A DNA stretch of 32,000 nucleotides from Candidatus Heimdallarchaeota archaeon (GCA_030668875.1 DAOVER010000014.1:37911-69910), one strand, 5' to 3'. Positions 1 through 9,526 are shown, counted from the first letter of the stretch. Notes: a model not told the origin generated them from the letters alone. Made by a program: numbers and translations.

Positions 1-152
1 TGGCCTTAGCTGAAGGAAGCTCAGCAATCACAACAGCTAGATTAACCAATCACACCAAAACAAACATAGAACTAATTCAGAAATTTACTCAAGCAGTTTT
101 TAATGTAAATAAAGAAAATGGGCGTTATCTCATTTCTGTTAAACAGCCCTAG
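1..152 (+). CDS. rtcA: RNA 3'-terminal phosphate cyclase, C-terminal end (partial, runs off the window start)
   Basis: The frame from position 3 reads ALAEGSSAITTARLTNHTKTNIELIQKFTQAVF...KQP* (TAG 150-152). This matches the RtcA C-terminal pattern (M)ALA-G-s-f-t---T-H--TNi-vi--F. Not in the ORF track. Confidence 0.75.
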   Translation, partial: ALAEGSSAITTARLTNHTKTNIELIQKFTQAVFNVNKENGRYLISVKQP

Positions 153-328
153 ACTAGCTGAATGTTCATTTTTCTCTATTTCTTTCTTAACGACATATTT
201 ATATGATACTATACAAGTCGGAGTACGACATAGGAGTATAGTTTCTGTAAAAATTTTACTCTATTGAATATGTTTAGTAAAATAAATCAATCAAAGAAAT
301 TTAAATGAAACATTAAGACGTGAAAAAT

Positions 329-1330
329 ATGGGGCATAGAAGGGTAAGCGCACCCCATCGAGGATCTCTAGGATATCGAAGGGTAAGAGCGAGAAGAATA
401 GTACCTGCACCTCGCGCATGGCAAACATACGAGGGTGTTCCTAAGTTACTTGGTTTTCTTGGTATTAAAGCTGGAATGACACATTGCGAATATCTTGAAG
501 ACAAACCGAGAAGTCACTTAGTAAATAGGGAAGTTACTGTGGCGGTAACATGTATTGAAACACCACCAAACGTTGTGTTTGGTTTACGTGGTTATAAAAA
601 ATCACCTTATGGTCTCAAAATTGTTGCTGATTTGATTACAACTGAGACAAAAGAAGAGCTTAAGAGAAGGGTTAAACCTCCTAAACAATACGATCTTGAG
701 AAAGCAAAGAAAAAGTTTGAGAATCACCTTGAGGAAATAGTTGAACTAAGAGCAATTGTTCATACTCAACCTTACCTTACAGGAATTGGTATGAAAACTC
801 CTCAAATTGCAGAAATTAAAATTGGATGCTCAAAAATTGAGGAAGGATATCAGTATGGTCTTTCTCTTCTTGGAAAAGAAATGCTTATTCGAGATGTATT
901 CAAAGCTGGTGAATTTGTAGATACTATTGGTGTAACAAAAGGAAAGGGTTTCCAAGGGCCTGTAAAACGACATGGAATAAAAATCCTCCAACACAAATCT
1001 AAAGGAACTAAAAGGGGTGTTGGTTCAATTGGTCCATGGACTCCTTCAAGAACAATGTGGACTATTCCAAGATCTGGTCAGATGGGTTTCAATATCCGAA
1101 CTGAGTATAACAAAAGGATAATGCAGATTGGTTCTGATGGATCACAAATCGTTCCTAAAGGAGGATTTGTAAGATACGGTGTTGTGAAAAACAATTACGT
1201 TTTGCTTAAAGGGTCGGTTCCTGGTCCTAAAAAGCGTACAATTCTACTAAGAGAACCCGTTAGAAAAGCTCCTCAACATGAGAAAGAGCCACAAATCCTC
1301 TATATCTCAACAAGGAGTCAACAAGGTTAG
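329..1330 (+). CDS. rpl3: 50S ribosomal protein uL3
   Basis: N-terminal P(H)RGSLG, GIKAGMTH, DTIGVTKGKGFQGPVKRHG and GQMGFNIRTEYNK motifs. ATG 329 preferred over GTG 320. Confidence 0.98.
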   Translation: MGHRRVSAPHRGSLGYRRVRARRIVPAPRAWQTYEGVPKLLGFLGIKAGMTHCEYLEDKPRSHLVNREVTVAVTCIETPPNVVFGLRGYKKSPYGLKIVADLITTETKEELKRRVKPPKQYDLEKAKKKFENHLEEIVELRAIVHTQPYLTGIGMKTPQIAEIKIGCSKIEEGYQYGLSLLGKEMLIRDVFKAGEFVDTIGVTKGKGFQGPVKRHGIKILQHKSKGTKRGVGSIGPWTPSRTMWTIPRSGQMGFNIRTEYNKRIMQIGSDGSQIVPKGGFVRYGVVKNNYVLLKGSVPGPKKRTILLREPVRKAPQHEKEPQILYISTRSQQG

Positions 1331-1346
1331 GATTGAGGCGATAAAG

Positions 1347-2144
1347 ATGAAAACAAAAATATATTCCATCAAAGGAAAGAAACTTTCAGAAACAATAGAA
1401 CTTCCAGAAGTATTCCAAACACAATTACGACCAGATATAATTAAACGAGCCGTACTTGCTGAACAAAGCTGGAAGAGGCAACCAAAAGGTGTTAGCACTC
1501 TAGCTGGAAGATTAGTTGCTGTTGAGAATTGGGGACCTGGTCGGGGTGCTGCAAGAGTTCCAAGAATAAAAGGTTCTAGAACCCACAGTGCTCAACGAAC
1601 AGCTTTTATTCCACAAGCACGAGGTGGTCATAGAGCCCATCCCCCTAGAGCAGAAAAGAAGATAGTAGAAAAAATCAATCGAAAGGAACATTTACTTGCT
1701 TTGAAATCTGCGATAGCATACACAGCACAAAAAGAATCTGTTGGTCAAAGAGGACATCGTTTTGATGACAAAACTGACTTCCCAATTGTTATTGAATCAA
1801 AAGCAGAAGAACTGGTAAAAACTCAAGAAGTTGTCACTCTGTTAGATAATTTGGGTCTGTCTTTAGAATTGTTAAGAGTGAAATTTGGTAAAAATGTTCG
1901 TCCCGGCAAAGGTAAAGGAAGAGGTCGTAAATATAAAGTGCCAGTTGGTCCGTTGATAGTAGTAAGTAATAGTGAATGTTCTTTGGTTAAGGCAGGAAGA
2001 AATATTCTAGGTACCAATGTTGTTACTGTAAACAAACTTACAACTGAACTTTTAGCCCCAGGAACTCATCCTGGAAGACTAACAATCTGGACAGAAGATG
2101 CAATAAAATCTTTGAATGAACGCTTTATTTCAGGTGATAAATAA
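1347..2144 (+). CDS. rpl4: 50S ribosomal protein uL4
   Basis: RPDIIKRAV, WGPGRGAARVPR, ARGGHRAHPP and LAPGTHPGRLTIWT motifs. ATG 1347 follows an SD-like TGAGG; the track start at 1278 overlaps rpl3. Confidence 0.98.
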   Translation: MKTKIYSIKGKKLSETIELPEVFQTQLRPDIIKRAVLAEQSWKRQPKGVSTLAGRLVAVENWGPGRGAARVPRIKGSRTHSAQRTAFIPQARGGHRAHPPRAEKKIVEKINRKEHLLALKSAIAYTAQKESVGQRGHRFDDKTDFPIVIESKAEELVKTQEVVTLLDNLGLSLELLRVKFGKNVRPGKGKGRGRKYKVPVGPLIVVSNSECSLVKAGRNILGTNVVTVNKLTTELLAPGTHPGRLTIWTEDAIKSLNERFISGDK

Positions 2145-2404
2145 TGGATCCGTACAAAATAATAATAAAACCTCTTATCTCTGAAAAAGACTTCGAGCTA
2201 ATTGAGAAAGAAAACAAATTAGTTATACAAGTTGCTTTGAATGCTACTAAACACCAAATTAAAGAGTCAATGGAAAAATTGTACGGGGTTCAAGTTCTCA
2301 AAGTAAACACCTTGATCACACCAAAAGGAACAAAGAAAGCTTATGTAAAATTAAGCGAATTCGATGATGCTGCAGATATAGCGTCACGAATGGGATTATT
2401 CTAA
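2144..2404 (+). CDS. rpl23: 50S ribosomal protein uL23
   Basis: IIKPLISEK, KVNTLITPKGTKKAYVKL. Start overlaps the rpl4 stop (TAATG). Confidence 0.98.
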   Translation: MDPYKIIIKPLISEKDFELIEKENKLVIQVALNATKHQIKESMEKLYGVQVLKVNTLITPKGTKKAYVKLSEFDDAADIASRMGLF

Positions 2405-2418
2405 AGGAAGTGAATTAG

Positions 2419-3156
2419 ATGGGTAAAAAAATATTAGTCCAAAGACGAGGTAGAGGAACATCGCAATTCCGAGCTGCTTCCCATAAGAGAAAAGGTAGTA
2501 TCAAATATAGAAAAATCACCAAAATTGAGTATACTGACGAAATAATAATTGGCTCAGTAAAGGACATTGTACATGATCCTGGAAGAGGAGCACCTGTAGC
2601 AATAATTCTTTTCCAAGATGGATTGAAAAAAGTGATATTACCCTCTGAAGGATTAAGAGTGGGACAAACCATTGAATATGGTGCTGGTTCGTCAGTTGTC
2701 ATTGGCAACACAATGCCCTTACAAGCTATACCTGATGGATCTCCCGTCTTCAATCTAGAATTAACTCCTGGAGATGGAGGCCGTTTAATCCGAGCTAGTG
2801 GTGGATACGCAACTATCTTAGGTCGTGACAAAGGAAAAGTAACTCTTCAATTACCAAGTGGTGAAATGAAGGAAGTTCCTCAAAGGTGCCGAGCAACAAT
2901 TGGTATTGTTGCAGGTGGAGGAAGAACTGAAAAGCCATTTGTTAAAGCGGGAAATAAACATTATCTCAAAAAAGCAAAAGGTCATTATTATCCAAGAGTG
3001 AGAGGTGTTGCAATGAATGCAGTTTCTCACCCACATGGTGGTGGTGCGCATCAAAGCCCTCCACGTGCAACAACAGTTTCAAGACATGCTCAACCTGGAA
3101 GAAAAGTTGGTCTTATTGCAGCAAGAAGAAGTGGAAGAAGAAGAGGCAAGAAATAG
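2419..3156 (+). CDS. rpl2: 50S ribosomal protein uL2
   Basis: MGKKILVQRRGRG, HDPGRGAP and VRGVAMNAVSHPHGGG motifs. Confidence 0.98.
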   Translation: MGKKILVQRRGRGTSQFRAASHKRKGSIKYRKITKIEYTDEIIIGSVKDIVHDPGRGAPVAIILFQDGLKKVILPSEGLRVGQTIEYGAGSSVVIGNTMPLQAIPDGSPVFNLELTPGDGGRLIRASGGYATILGRDKGKVTLQLPSGEMKEVPQRCRATIGIVAGGGRTEKPFVKAGNKHYLKKAKGHYYPRVRGVAMNAVSHPHGGGAHQSPPRATTVSRHAQPGRKVGLIAARRSGRRRGKK

Positions 3157-3198
3157 TTTTGTCTTTTTATTTTTTATTTTTTATTTTTTTACTTTTTT
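3157..3198 (+). terminator. Oligo-T archaeal-type terminator closing the rpl3-rpl2 cluster
   Basis: Consecutive T4-T7 runs separated by 1-3 other bases directly after the rpl2 stop codon. Confidence 0.65.
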
Positions 3199-3253
3199 AA
3201 AACATAGTCATTAAAAACTCAAAGCTAAGATATACTGATAAGGAGTATTAAGA

Positions 3254-3997
3254 ATGCAAAGTAGGAAAACATATGGAGATGTCGAGTTTATATTTGAAAA
3301 GCCTCAAAAATTTGAAGGTTGTGTTCTATTAAACGGCTGGCATGGAATTGGAGAGTGTGGTTTTATATCGATGAGTCATTTAGTTGAAAACCTTGGACTA
3401 GAACGTATCGGTTTCATTATTACAAATAATTTACCTCAATTTATTTCTATCAAAAATGAACAAATTACTTTTCCTTTTGAAATTTATCGCAAAGACAATT
3501 TGGTCGTAATATTGCCTATTTTTGAACCAATAAAATCTGAACACTTGCTTTTTACTAAGACTATTGTTGAATGGTCTATTGAAGAGAAGTTCCAACAAGC
3601 TATTCTTATTGGTGGGTTGGATAAGCGTTTGCAAGGTGAACACGATGTCAAGGGGATTTATACTCGTTCTTTCAAGAGGGGTGATTCCACTTCTGCGATT
3701 CCAGTTCTTGATGAAGGTCTATATGTAACTGGCCCCTTAGCTTACATGCTCATGTTTTACGAGCTCAATCAATTCCCTGCTTTAGCCCTCTTACCATATG
3801 CGGAAAGATCACGACCTGATCCTGTTGCCGCAAGTGTTGCAATAGAACAAATAAATCTCTTATTAGGAATAGAAATTGACACAGAAGGATTGTTGAAAGA
3901 AGCAGAAAAGATAGAGAAGGAAATCGAGTCATTAATTCAAGCAAGTAAACCTCAAAGAGATAGAGATAAAGATTCTGATCAAGGAATGTTTGTGTAG
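3254..3997 (+). CDS. PAC2-family proteasome assembly chaperone (PbaA/PbaB-like)
   Basis: GWHGIGECGFISMSHLVENL (G-x-x-G-x-G-x-x-G motif), ILIGGL, TGPLAYML, PDPVAAS and a C-terminal coiled tail ending in a hydrophobic-aromatic-x motif (MFV). Confidence 0.88.
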   Translation: MQSRKTYGDVEFIFEKPQKFEGCVLLNGWHGIGECGFISMSHLVENLGLERIGFIITNNLPQFISIKNEQITFPFEIYRKDNLVVILPIFEPIKSEHLLFTKTIVEWSIEEKFQQAILIGGLDKRLQGEHDVKGIYTRSFKRGDSTSAIPVLDEGLYVTGPLAYMLMFYELNQFPALALLPYAERSRPDPVAASVAIEQINLLLGIEIDTEGLLKEAEKIEKEIESLIQASKPQRDRDKDSDQGMFV

Positions 3998-4011
3998 AGA
4001 AATAAGAGAAG

Positions 4012-4104
4012 TGGCGGACCAGACAGGATTTGAACCTGCGAACCCCGGCTTTCTTCGATAGATCTCCGGAGGCCGGCGCCTTATCCAGACTAGACTACTG
4101 ATCC
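4012..4104 (-). tRNA. tRNA-Arg(CCG) with a 15-nt intron at position 37/38 (intron 4051-4065), CCA encoded
   Basis: Reverse complement: GGATCAG...CCGGC CT CCG G[AGATCTATCGAAGAA]A GCCGG...GCAGG TTCAAAT CCTGT CTGGTCC G CCA. All arms pair. Confidence 0.95.
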
Positions 4105-4160
4105 TTTTTCCTTTTCATATTATATAGAATTCATTAAACTTAATTCATCAGTATAAAAAG

Positions 4161-5276
4161 CTAAATGTCGTAAGAGAAGTCCTCCTCTTCTTGGGGAAGA
4201 AACTCTTCAGAAATTGACAATTTAGCAACATCTTTGAACTTATCTTTAGTTTTTAACACAGTTAACACTGTAGTCTTTAATGCTTCTACAAGCTCTTCTA
4301 ACCCTTTACCTTCCATAGTAGAGACATGAAATTCAGTCTTGAGCTCAGTTTTAGCCTTTGTAATTTGCTCATCAGTGAGCAAGTCTACTTTATTGAGCAC
4401 TCTAAGAGTAGGATTATCACTAAACTCGTTGGAAATATCCTCAAGCAAATGATTTTGTTCTTTTACTGGCAATTCAGCATCTTTCGAACAATCGAACATG
4501 TAAACAATAACGTCTGAAATATACTTGATTGAAGCTATGCTTTGACGTTCAATTAAATTGCGTTCATCAAAAGGACGATCAAGTAAACCTGGGGTATCAA
4601 CAATCTGAACGAGAGTCAAACCAAAATTTGCATGACCAAATACTATCTGTTTTGTAGTAAAAGGATACTCACCAACCTCTGGCGATCCTGAAGAAATACA
4701 CCTAACAAGAGAAGATTTGCCAACGTTAGGGGCACCAGCAATGACTATCGTAGGAAGTGTAGTATTGAAATCCGGTACAGATTTCAATTTTTTAACAATT
4801 CGGATAAGATATTTCACATCTCCTTGAGCCTTTTTAACAAGAGATACATATCTACCTCCTGTTTCCTTTCTTACTGAAGCCATAACATTAGGGTGATTTG
4901 TGTCAGATATTTTCTGTAATTGTTCCCTCTCAATTTCACGTAGCTGATTAGATATACCTTTTAATCTACCAAGAACTTGCTTGATTTTATCAACACTACC
5001 AACTAAATTGCATAATTCTTGATAAAATGGATGAATATCTTCAACCCAAGGAAACTGATCAAGGATACTATCAATCTTTCTGGTAAATTCATGAGTTAAG
5101 ATTGAAATTCTATCTTTTTCAAGAAAAGCTAGTTTTTGTTCTCTGCTTATTCTTTTTTTAATACGAGTACGTCTAACTGCTTGACTTTGTTGAAAAGCAT
5201 TGTCTATGATTTCGCTTATGGGAGAAATATACGTAACTCTTCTAAACGGGTTACTTGTTTTAAGGTTCTTTTTCAA
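4161..5276 (-). CDS. NOG1-family (OBG-class) GTP-binding protein, large-subunit biogenesis
   Basis: N-terminal helical domain with HPFY, then G1 GAPNVGKSS, G2 YPFTT, G3 DTPGLLDRP and G4 NKVD. TTG start 2 nt after the trpS stop. Confidence 0.92.
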   Translation of the reverse strand: MKKNLKTSNPFRRVTYISPISEIIDNAFQQSQAVRRTRIKKRISREQKLAFLEKDRISILTHEFTRKIDSILDQFPWVEDIHPFYQELCNLVGSVDKIKQVLGRLKGISNQLREIEREQLQKISDTNHPNVMASVRKETGGRYVSLVKKAQGDVKYLIRIVKKLKSVPDFNTTLPTIVIAGAPNVGKSSLVRCISSGSPEVGEYPFTTKQIVFGHANFGLTLVQIVDTPGLLDRPFDERNLIERQSIASIKYISDVIVYMFDCSKDAELPVKEQNHLLEDISNEFSDNPTLRVLNKVDLLTDEQITKAKTELKTEFHVSTMEGKGLEELVEALKTTVLTVLKTKDKFKDVAKLSISEEFLPQEEEDFSYDI

Positions 5277-5278
5277 TG

Positions 5279-6400
5279 TTAATCACTTTCTAAATCTAGC
5301 ACTGTCATGTCAATTTCGTGATCAAAATACTTGGGAAGGTTTTTTATTACTTCTTTTCGTCGAGCTTTGTGTTCTTCTTGATATTTTAGTACCATCTCAA
5401 GTAAACGGGGTTTGCAATCGAGGCCACAAATAAGTTTACCACCTAAACAACCTTGACGAGTTTCTTCCAAATCATCATCATCTTGAATGAAGTATTTTTC
5501 AAACCAATCAAAAATTGTACAAATGTAAGGATTTGCTCCAAGTTCTCTTTGTTCTTTAACTGTAGTTCTTCCACCAGTGAAAGCACTCATTATCTTTTTC
5601 TTCACAGTTTTAGGGTTATCTCTTAGGAATACACATGTTTCAGGGGAAGATGAAGACATAGGTCCTCCTGTAAGACCCTTCATATATCTGATGTATAAAG
5701 ATGCAGGTAAAGTAATTTTACGCTTTCGTGCAATGTCTCGAGTTAAACGCATGTATACATCCTGATCAAGGCCAATAGGAACAACGACTGGGAATTTATC
5801 ATCTACCGTGGGCTGAAGAATATGAGCAGCTTGAATGCAGGTATAATAAATGGTACCAGCATTTTCCTCACCAGTTAGCCCTAAGGCAGCTTTAATAGCA
5901 TTATATGTTTGGTTAATAGAAAAAGTTAAAGCTAGATACTGGATCTTCGGTGTAACACTAGAAATGTAAGCATGAACATTGTTAGGTTTAAAACCTAAAG
6001 CAAAAATGTCAATAGCATTCTCTAAAGCAAGTTTGGCTGTGCCTTCTAGATTTTCAACTTTACGAAAAACATATTTTTCATCATCAGATAAGGGCATATA
6101 ATACTTGCAATCATATTTCTTTTGCAAGTAACGTATTAACTCAAAAAGAATCAAATGACCAAAATGTAAATCATTTGATGGACCGCGACCACTGATAATA
6201 GCAAATCCTTTGTTTTGCTCAATTCTGTCAAGGATTTTATCAAAGTCTCTATGTGCAAAGACTACTCCTCTTCTAAATAATAGGTGATCCTCTCCTATTC
6301 GAGGTAGAACATTATCTATTTTAGCAATGCCAAACTCCTTGAGAATAGTTTCATAATCAGTTCTTTTCTCTATATCTCGATTTCCTGCATTCTTGCTCAT
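5279..6400 (-). CDS. trpS: Tryptophanyl-tRNA synthetase, archaeal/eukaryal type
   Basis: SGRGPSNDLHFGH (HIGH), SDDEK, VPIGLDQDVYMRLTRD, GLTGGPMSSS and AFTGGR motifs. ATG 6400 is preceded by AGGTG. Confidence 0.96.
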   Translation of the reverse strand: MSKNAGNRDIEKRTDYETILKEFGIAKIDNVLPRIGEDHLLFRRGVVFAHRDFDKILDRIEQNKGFAIISGRGPSNDLHFGHLILFELIRYLQKKYDCKYYMPLSDDEKYVFRKVENLEGTAKLALENAIDIFALGFKPNNVHAYISSVTPKIQYLALTFSINQTYNAIKAALGLTGEENAGTIYYTCIQAAHILQPTVDDKFPVVVPIGLDQDVYMRLTRDIARKRKITLPASLYIRYMKGLTGGPMSSSSPETCVFLRDNPKTVKKKIMSAFTGGRTTVKEQRELGANPYICTIFDWFEKYFIQDDDDLEETRQGCLGGKLICGLDCKPRLLEMVLKYQEEHKARRKEVIKNLPKYFDHEIDMTVLDLESD

Positions 6401-6540
6401 TCTAAACACCTTATGAAAAATGAGAATAAAATTCTTTTCAAAGAATAGCGATTTGGTCTGGTCACTATGTGTATTCTGTAATTAATGAAACAGGAGAAAG
6501 TCATTGCCAGTCCAAGTTACCACTCTCAATATCTTTTTAC

Positions 6541-6557
6541 AAAAAAGTCTTTATAAG
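6541..6557 (+). promoter_or_regulatory. Candidate BRE/TATA promoter for the ADP-dependent kinase gene
   Basis: AAAAAAGTCTTTATAAG: an A-rich BRE followed by TTTATAA, about 20-25 nt before the ATG cluster at 6575-6583. Confidence 0.55.
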
Positions 6558-6574
6558 ATTGTCGAACAAATAAA

Positions 6575-8002
6575 ATGATGATGAAACATTGGAAAAATAG
6601 CTATCTAGAAGCGTTGCAACTTATTGATAATGATAGTATTCTTTCCAAAGGTGTCATATTAGGTTTTAATGTCAATATTGACAAAATTATCAAAATAACA
6701 CCTGAAATTCTCTCAAATATCCTCCAAACGGCTGGAGTAGAAGATAGATTGTCAGACAATTGTCGTCCAAAAAAGATTACGAATATTGAAGAATTGCTTA
6801 TTTGTCTACTTCAATCAATTAATGATGGCAAAGCAGATGAGGTACTTATAAACTCAGATCAGGTTGCTATCTGGATTGAGGAGAACTTTGTAATCTCTAG
6901 AACAATGATGGGGGGCCAAGCAGGAATAATGGCAAATCTTTTGAGAAAAATTAAAGTAAATCCTGTATTATTAAGTACTCCACTTTCAAGCCCAGATTTA
7001 ATTAAATTACTTAATCCATCAATTATAGACCCAACAACAAACTATGATACATTTCGATCAGAATCAGAAGAAGCAACAGAAAAAATCGAACCAATAACAC
7101 ACTATGTCTTTGAATTCTCTGCAGGAAAGTATATGGTAGCTAACAAGATAATTAATTGTGAAAGATCAAACCGTTTTATTGGTTCATATGATGAAGTGAA
7201 CTCCCTACTTATGTTTTCGGAAGAATTTAGAAAATATAGTGTCGATAATATATCTAATTATGCCTTGTGTGTTATAGCCGGATTTCATCTTATTGATTTG
7301 GAAATCCACACTTCAAAATCATATACAGAGGTTTTTGAACCTGTATTAAGTTTAATAAGAAAATGGAAAGAGAGAAATCCTTTCCTAGTTGTCCATCTAG
7401 AACTTGCTGCAGTAAGAAATAGAGATTTGAAACAAGCGATAATCGATAATCTATTCTCAGTTGTTGATTCTATTGGATTAAATGAACAAGAACTTGTATC
7501 TTTTCTGCATTGTATTGATAAATCGCTTTCAGTATCTATACATTCAACCATTTCTTCAATTAATTTATTCAAAGGAATGCTTGCTATTTTTTCCAAATAC
7601 CCTCATCTCCGTTTACATCTCCACTATCTTGATTATTTCTTGCTTCTATCCCCGTTAATCTCAGAACAATTTGCTCTTATACGAAAAAATTCATTGATCG
7701 TTTCTTCACTTTTTGCAGCAGTCAAAGCAATAAATGGAACTATAGATAGACGAATAGACACTAAATTGCTCGATTATAATATATCGAAAAAAGGTTTAGA
7801 AGAGTTGCAGAATCTAGAAAATTATCTAAAAAGTGAATGGAATGGTGATAATAGCCTCATAAATGATGGTTACATACAGACAAAATCATTTGCTATGTTT
7901 GGAATACCAACCATAGTTATACCCTCTCCAAGGTATTTAGTGGGTCTCGGAGACACCATCTCTCTGATATCAATTTTGTATGAATTCAATAAACTTGAGT
8001 AA
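6575..8002 (+). CDS. ADP-dependent phosphofructokinase/glucokinase family
   Basis: LGFNVNID, MGGQAGIMANLL, HYVFEF, RSNRFI, VHLELA, SIGLNEQEL and the catalytic VGLGDTIS motif. Sugar specificity cannot be read off by eye. Confidence 0.92.
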   Translation: MMMKHWKNSYLEALQLIDNDSILSKGVILGFNVNIDKIIKITPEILSNILQTAGVEDRLSDNCRPKKITNIEELLICLLQSINDGKADEVLINSDQVAIWIEENFVISRTMMGGQAGIMANLLRKIKVNPVLLSTPLSSPDLIKLLNPSIIDPTTNYDTFRSESEEATEKIEPITHYVFEFSAGKYMVANKIINCERSNRFIGSYDEVNSLLMFSEEFRKYSVDNISNYALCVIAGFHLIDLEIHTSKSYTEVFEPVLSLIRKWKERNPFLVVHLELAAVRNRDLKQAIIDNLFSVVDSIGLNEQELVSFLHCIDKSLSVSIHSTISSINLFKGMLAIFSKYPHLRLHLHYLDYFLLLSPLISEQFALIRKNSLIVSSLFAAVKAINGTIDRRIDTKLLDYNISKKGLEELQNLENYLKSEWNGDNSLINDGYIQTKSFAMFGIPTIVIPSPRYLVGLGDTISLISILYEFNKLE

Positions 8003-8116
8003 TCAGAGAGAGTTTTATTATGTTCTGTCTTAGGAAATATGTATTGATTTCTCGGTGTTTAAATAACTTCTTCTAATAAGGATAATGAGTTTCAATTCAA
8101 ACTAACTGATTCTAAG

Positions 8117-9526
8117 TTGATGACGATGATGGTTGTAGAACACCTTTCAAAAGAAAAACATAATTCTTTAGATTGGAAGCAGAATACTGACATTGTTACA
8201 ATACAAGTATTTGAGATTAGTTTGAATGGAAACCAAGATCAACTCACAAATCTGTTAACAGAATTGAAGTCAAAAAACGTCATGTTCACTCTGAAAATAA
8301 CAAAAAGCAACCTCTTTCTTTTGATTTATTCTTTGAACAATTCAAGAAACACCAACAAAGAAACTGGCTTGATAAACTATTTTGTGCAAACTTATTCTCT
8401 CAAGGATACAGTTAATGCAGAGGAATTTTTCATTCAAAATGTGAAGAAAGTAGTTCAAAAGGATAATATTCTACAATTCTTTCAGGAAAATGGAAAACAG
8501 TCTTATACACTAGCTTTTTTGCTTTCCTCAATAGATTCAGACTCAAATAGTTTTTCTAAGCGTTTTACTAATTTTACAACTAACCTTGTGAAAGCTGATA
8601 TATTCTCAATAATTATTTCTTCTATCCCTTCTATTGACAGAACGGCATCAAAAAACTCAAAGTGGGCGTTAATGCTTCTTGCTCAAGATGACAACCGTAT
8701 TCAGATAGAAAAAAAGGAAGAAACATTTCATCGCTTCCTTAATGCGAATTCATCGAAACTAAATTGTAAATTGTCATATATAACAAAGAAAGAATTCGTG
8801 AGGCATAAAACAAATTTTAGATATCTTGTTCCTTGGCATTATCTTAAAGGTGAATTTACAGATAATGTTGAGATAAACAAATTGCTAAAAATTGATCACC
8901 CCTCTCTTAATCCAGCAACAGGACATTGCACAAAAACACTTAGTAAAAACCAATCTCCTCCAGTTCAAGAAAAGCTAAAAACCAAGGAAGATCAAGTGGT
9001 TAAACAACCCTTTCCTTCTGTCAAAGCTTCAAAATCTAACAAACACATTTCTAATCCAGTTTTTGCTAAAGTAGAGAAAAAATCATACACAAAAAGAATA
9101 AAGAGGGACAACTACATGGTAAGTAATTTAGATGATATTTCAATTCCAATGCCAAAAACAGTGAATGTTGTTTTTGATCTAGAGTATTTAAAGGTAAGAA
9201 TTAGTAAGATGTTTAAAGATTTCGAATTTAAAGAAACAGTGATTTTTGAGGATAATTTTGATCTGGTTCTTAGAAAAGGATCCTTTTACATATTTACTAA
9301 ATTCTATAAGGAGATTCTAAATCAAGCTGAAGCCTACAAAATTATTGAACATTTAGGTAGCATAGCTGGGTTAAGGAACCAATTTTTATGCATAATAGTA
9401 GCTGATAATATAGAAGAGAAATCTATGAAGATTCTAAATGAGTTCAATGTGCTTCATTTAACTTTAAGCGATGTTTTGCTTGAGGATACGCTTAAAAGCA
9501 AGATTTATAATACTATCTTAGCCTAG
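8117..9526 (+). CDS. Hypothetical multidomain protein with a C-terminal restriction-endonuclease-like (PD-(D/E)xK/Mrr-cat) fold
   Basis: 469-aa ORF: alpha/beta N-terminal region, a K/S/P/Q-rich linker, then FDLVLRKGSFYIFTKFYK...LCIIVADNIEEKSMKILNEFNVLHL, whose secondary-structure pattern fits an REase-like fold. The fold call is inference. Confidence 0.55.
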   Translation: MMTMMVVEHLSKEKHNSLDWKQNTDIVTIQVFEISLNGNQDQLTNLLTELKSKNVMFTLKITKSNLFLLIYSLNNSRNTNKETGLINYFVQTYSLKDTVNAEEFFIQNVKKVVQKDNILQFFQENGKQSYTLAFLLSSIDSDSNSFSKRFTNFTTNLVKADIFSIIISSIPSIDRTASKNSKWALMLLAQDDNRIQIEKKEETFHRFLNANSSKLNCKLSYITKKEFVRHKTNFRYLVPWHYLKGEFTDNVEINKLLKIDHPSLNPATGHCTKTLSKNQSPPVQEKLKTKEDQVVKQPFPSVKASKSNKHISNPVFAKVEKKSYTKRIKRDNYMVSNLDDISIPMPKTVNVVFDLEYLKVRISKMFKDFEFKETVIFEDNFDLVLRKGSFYIFTKFYKEILNQAEAYKIIEHLGSIAGLRNQFLCIIVADNIEEKSMKILNEFNVLHLTLSDVLLEDTLKSKIYNTILA

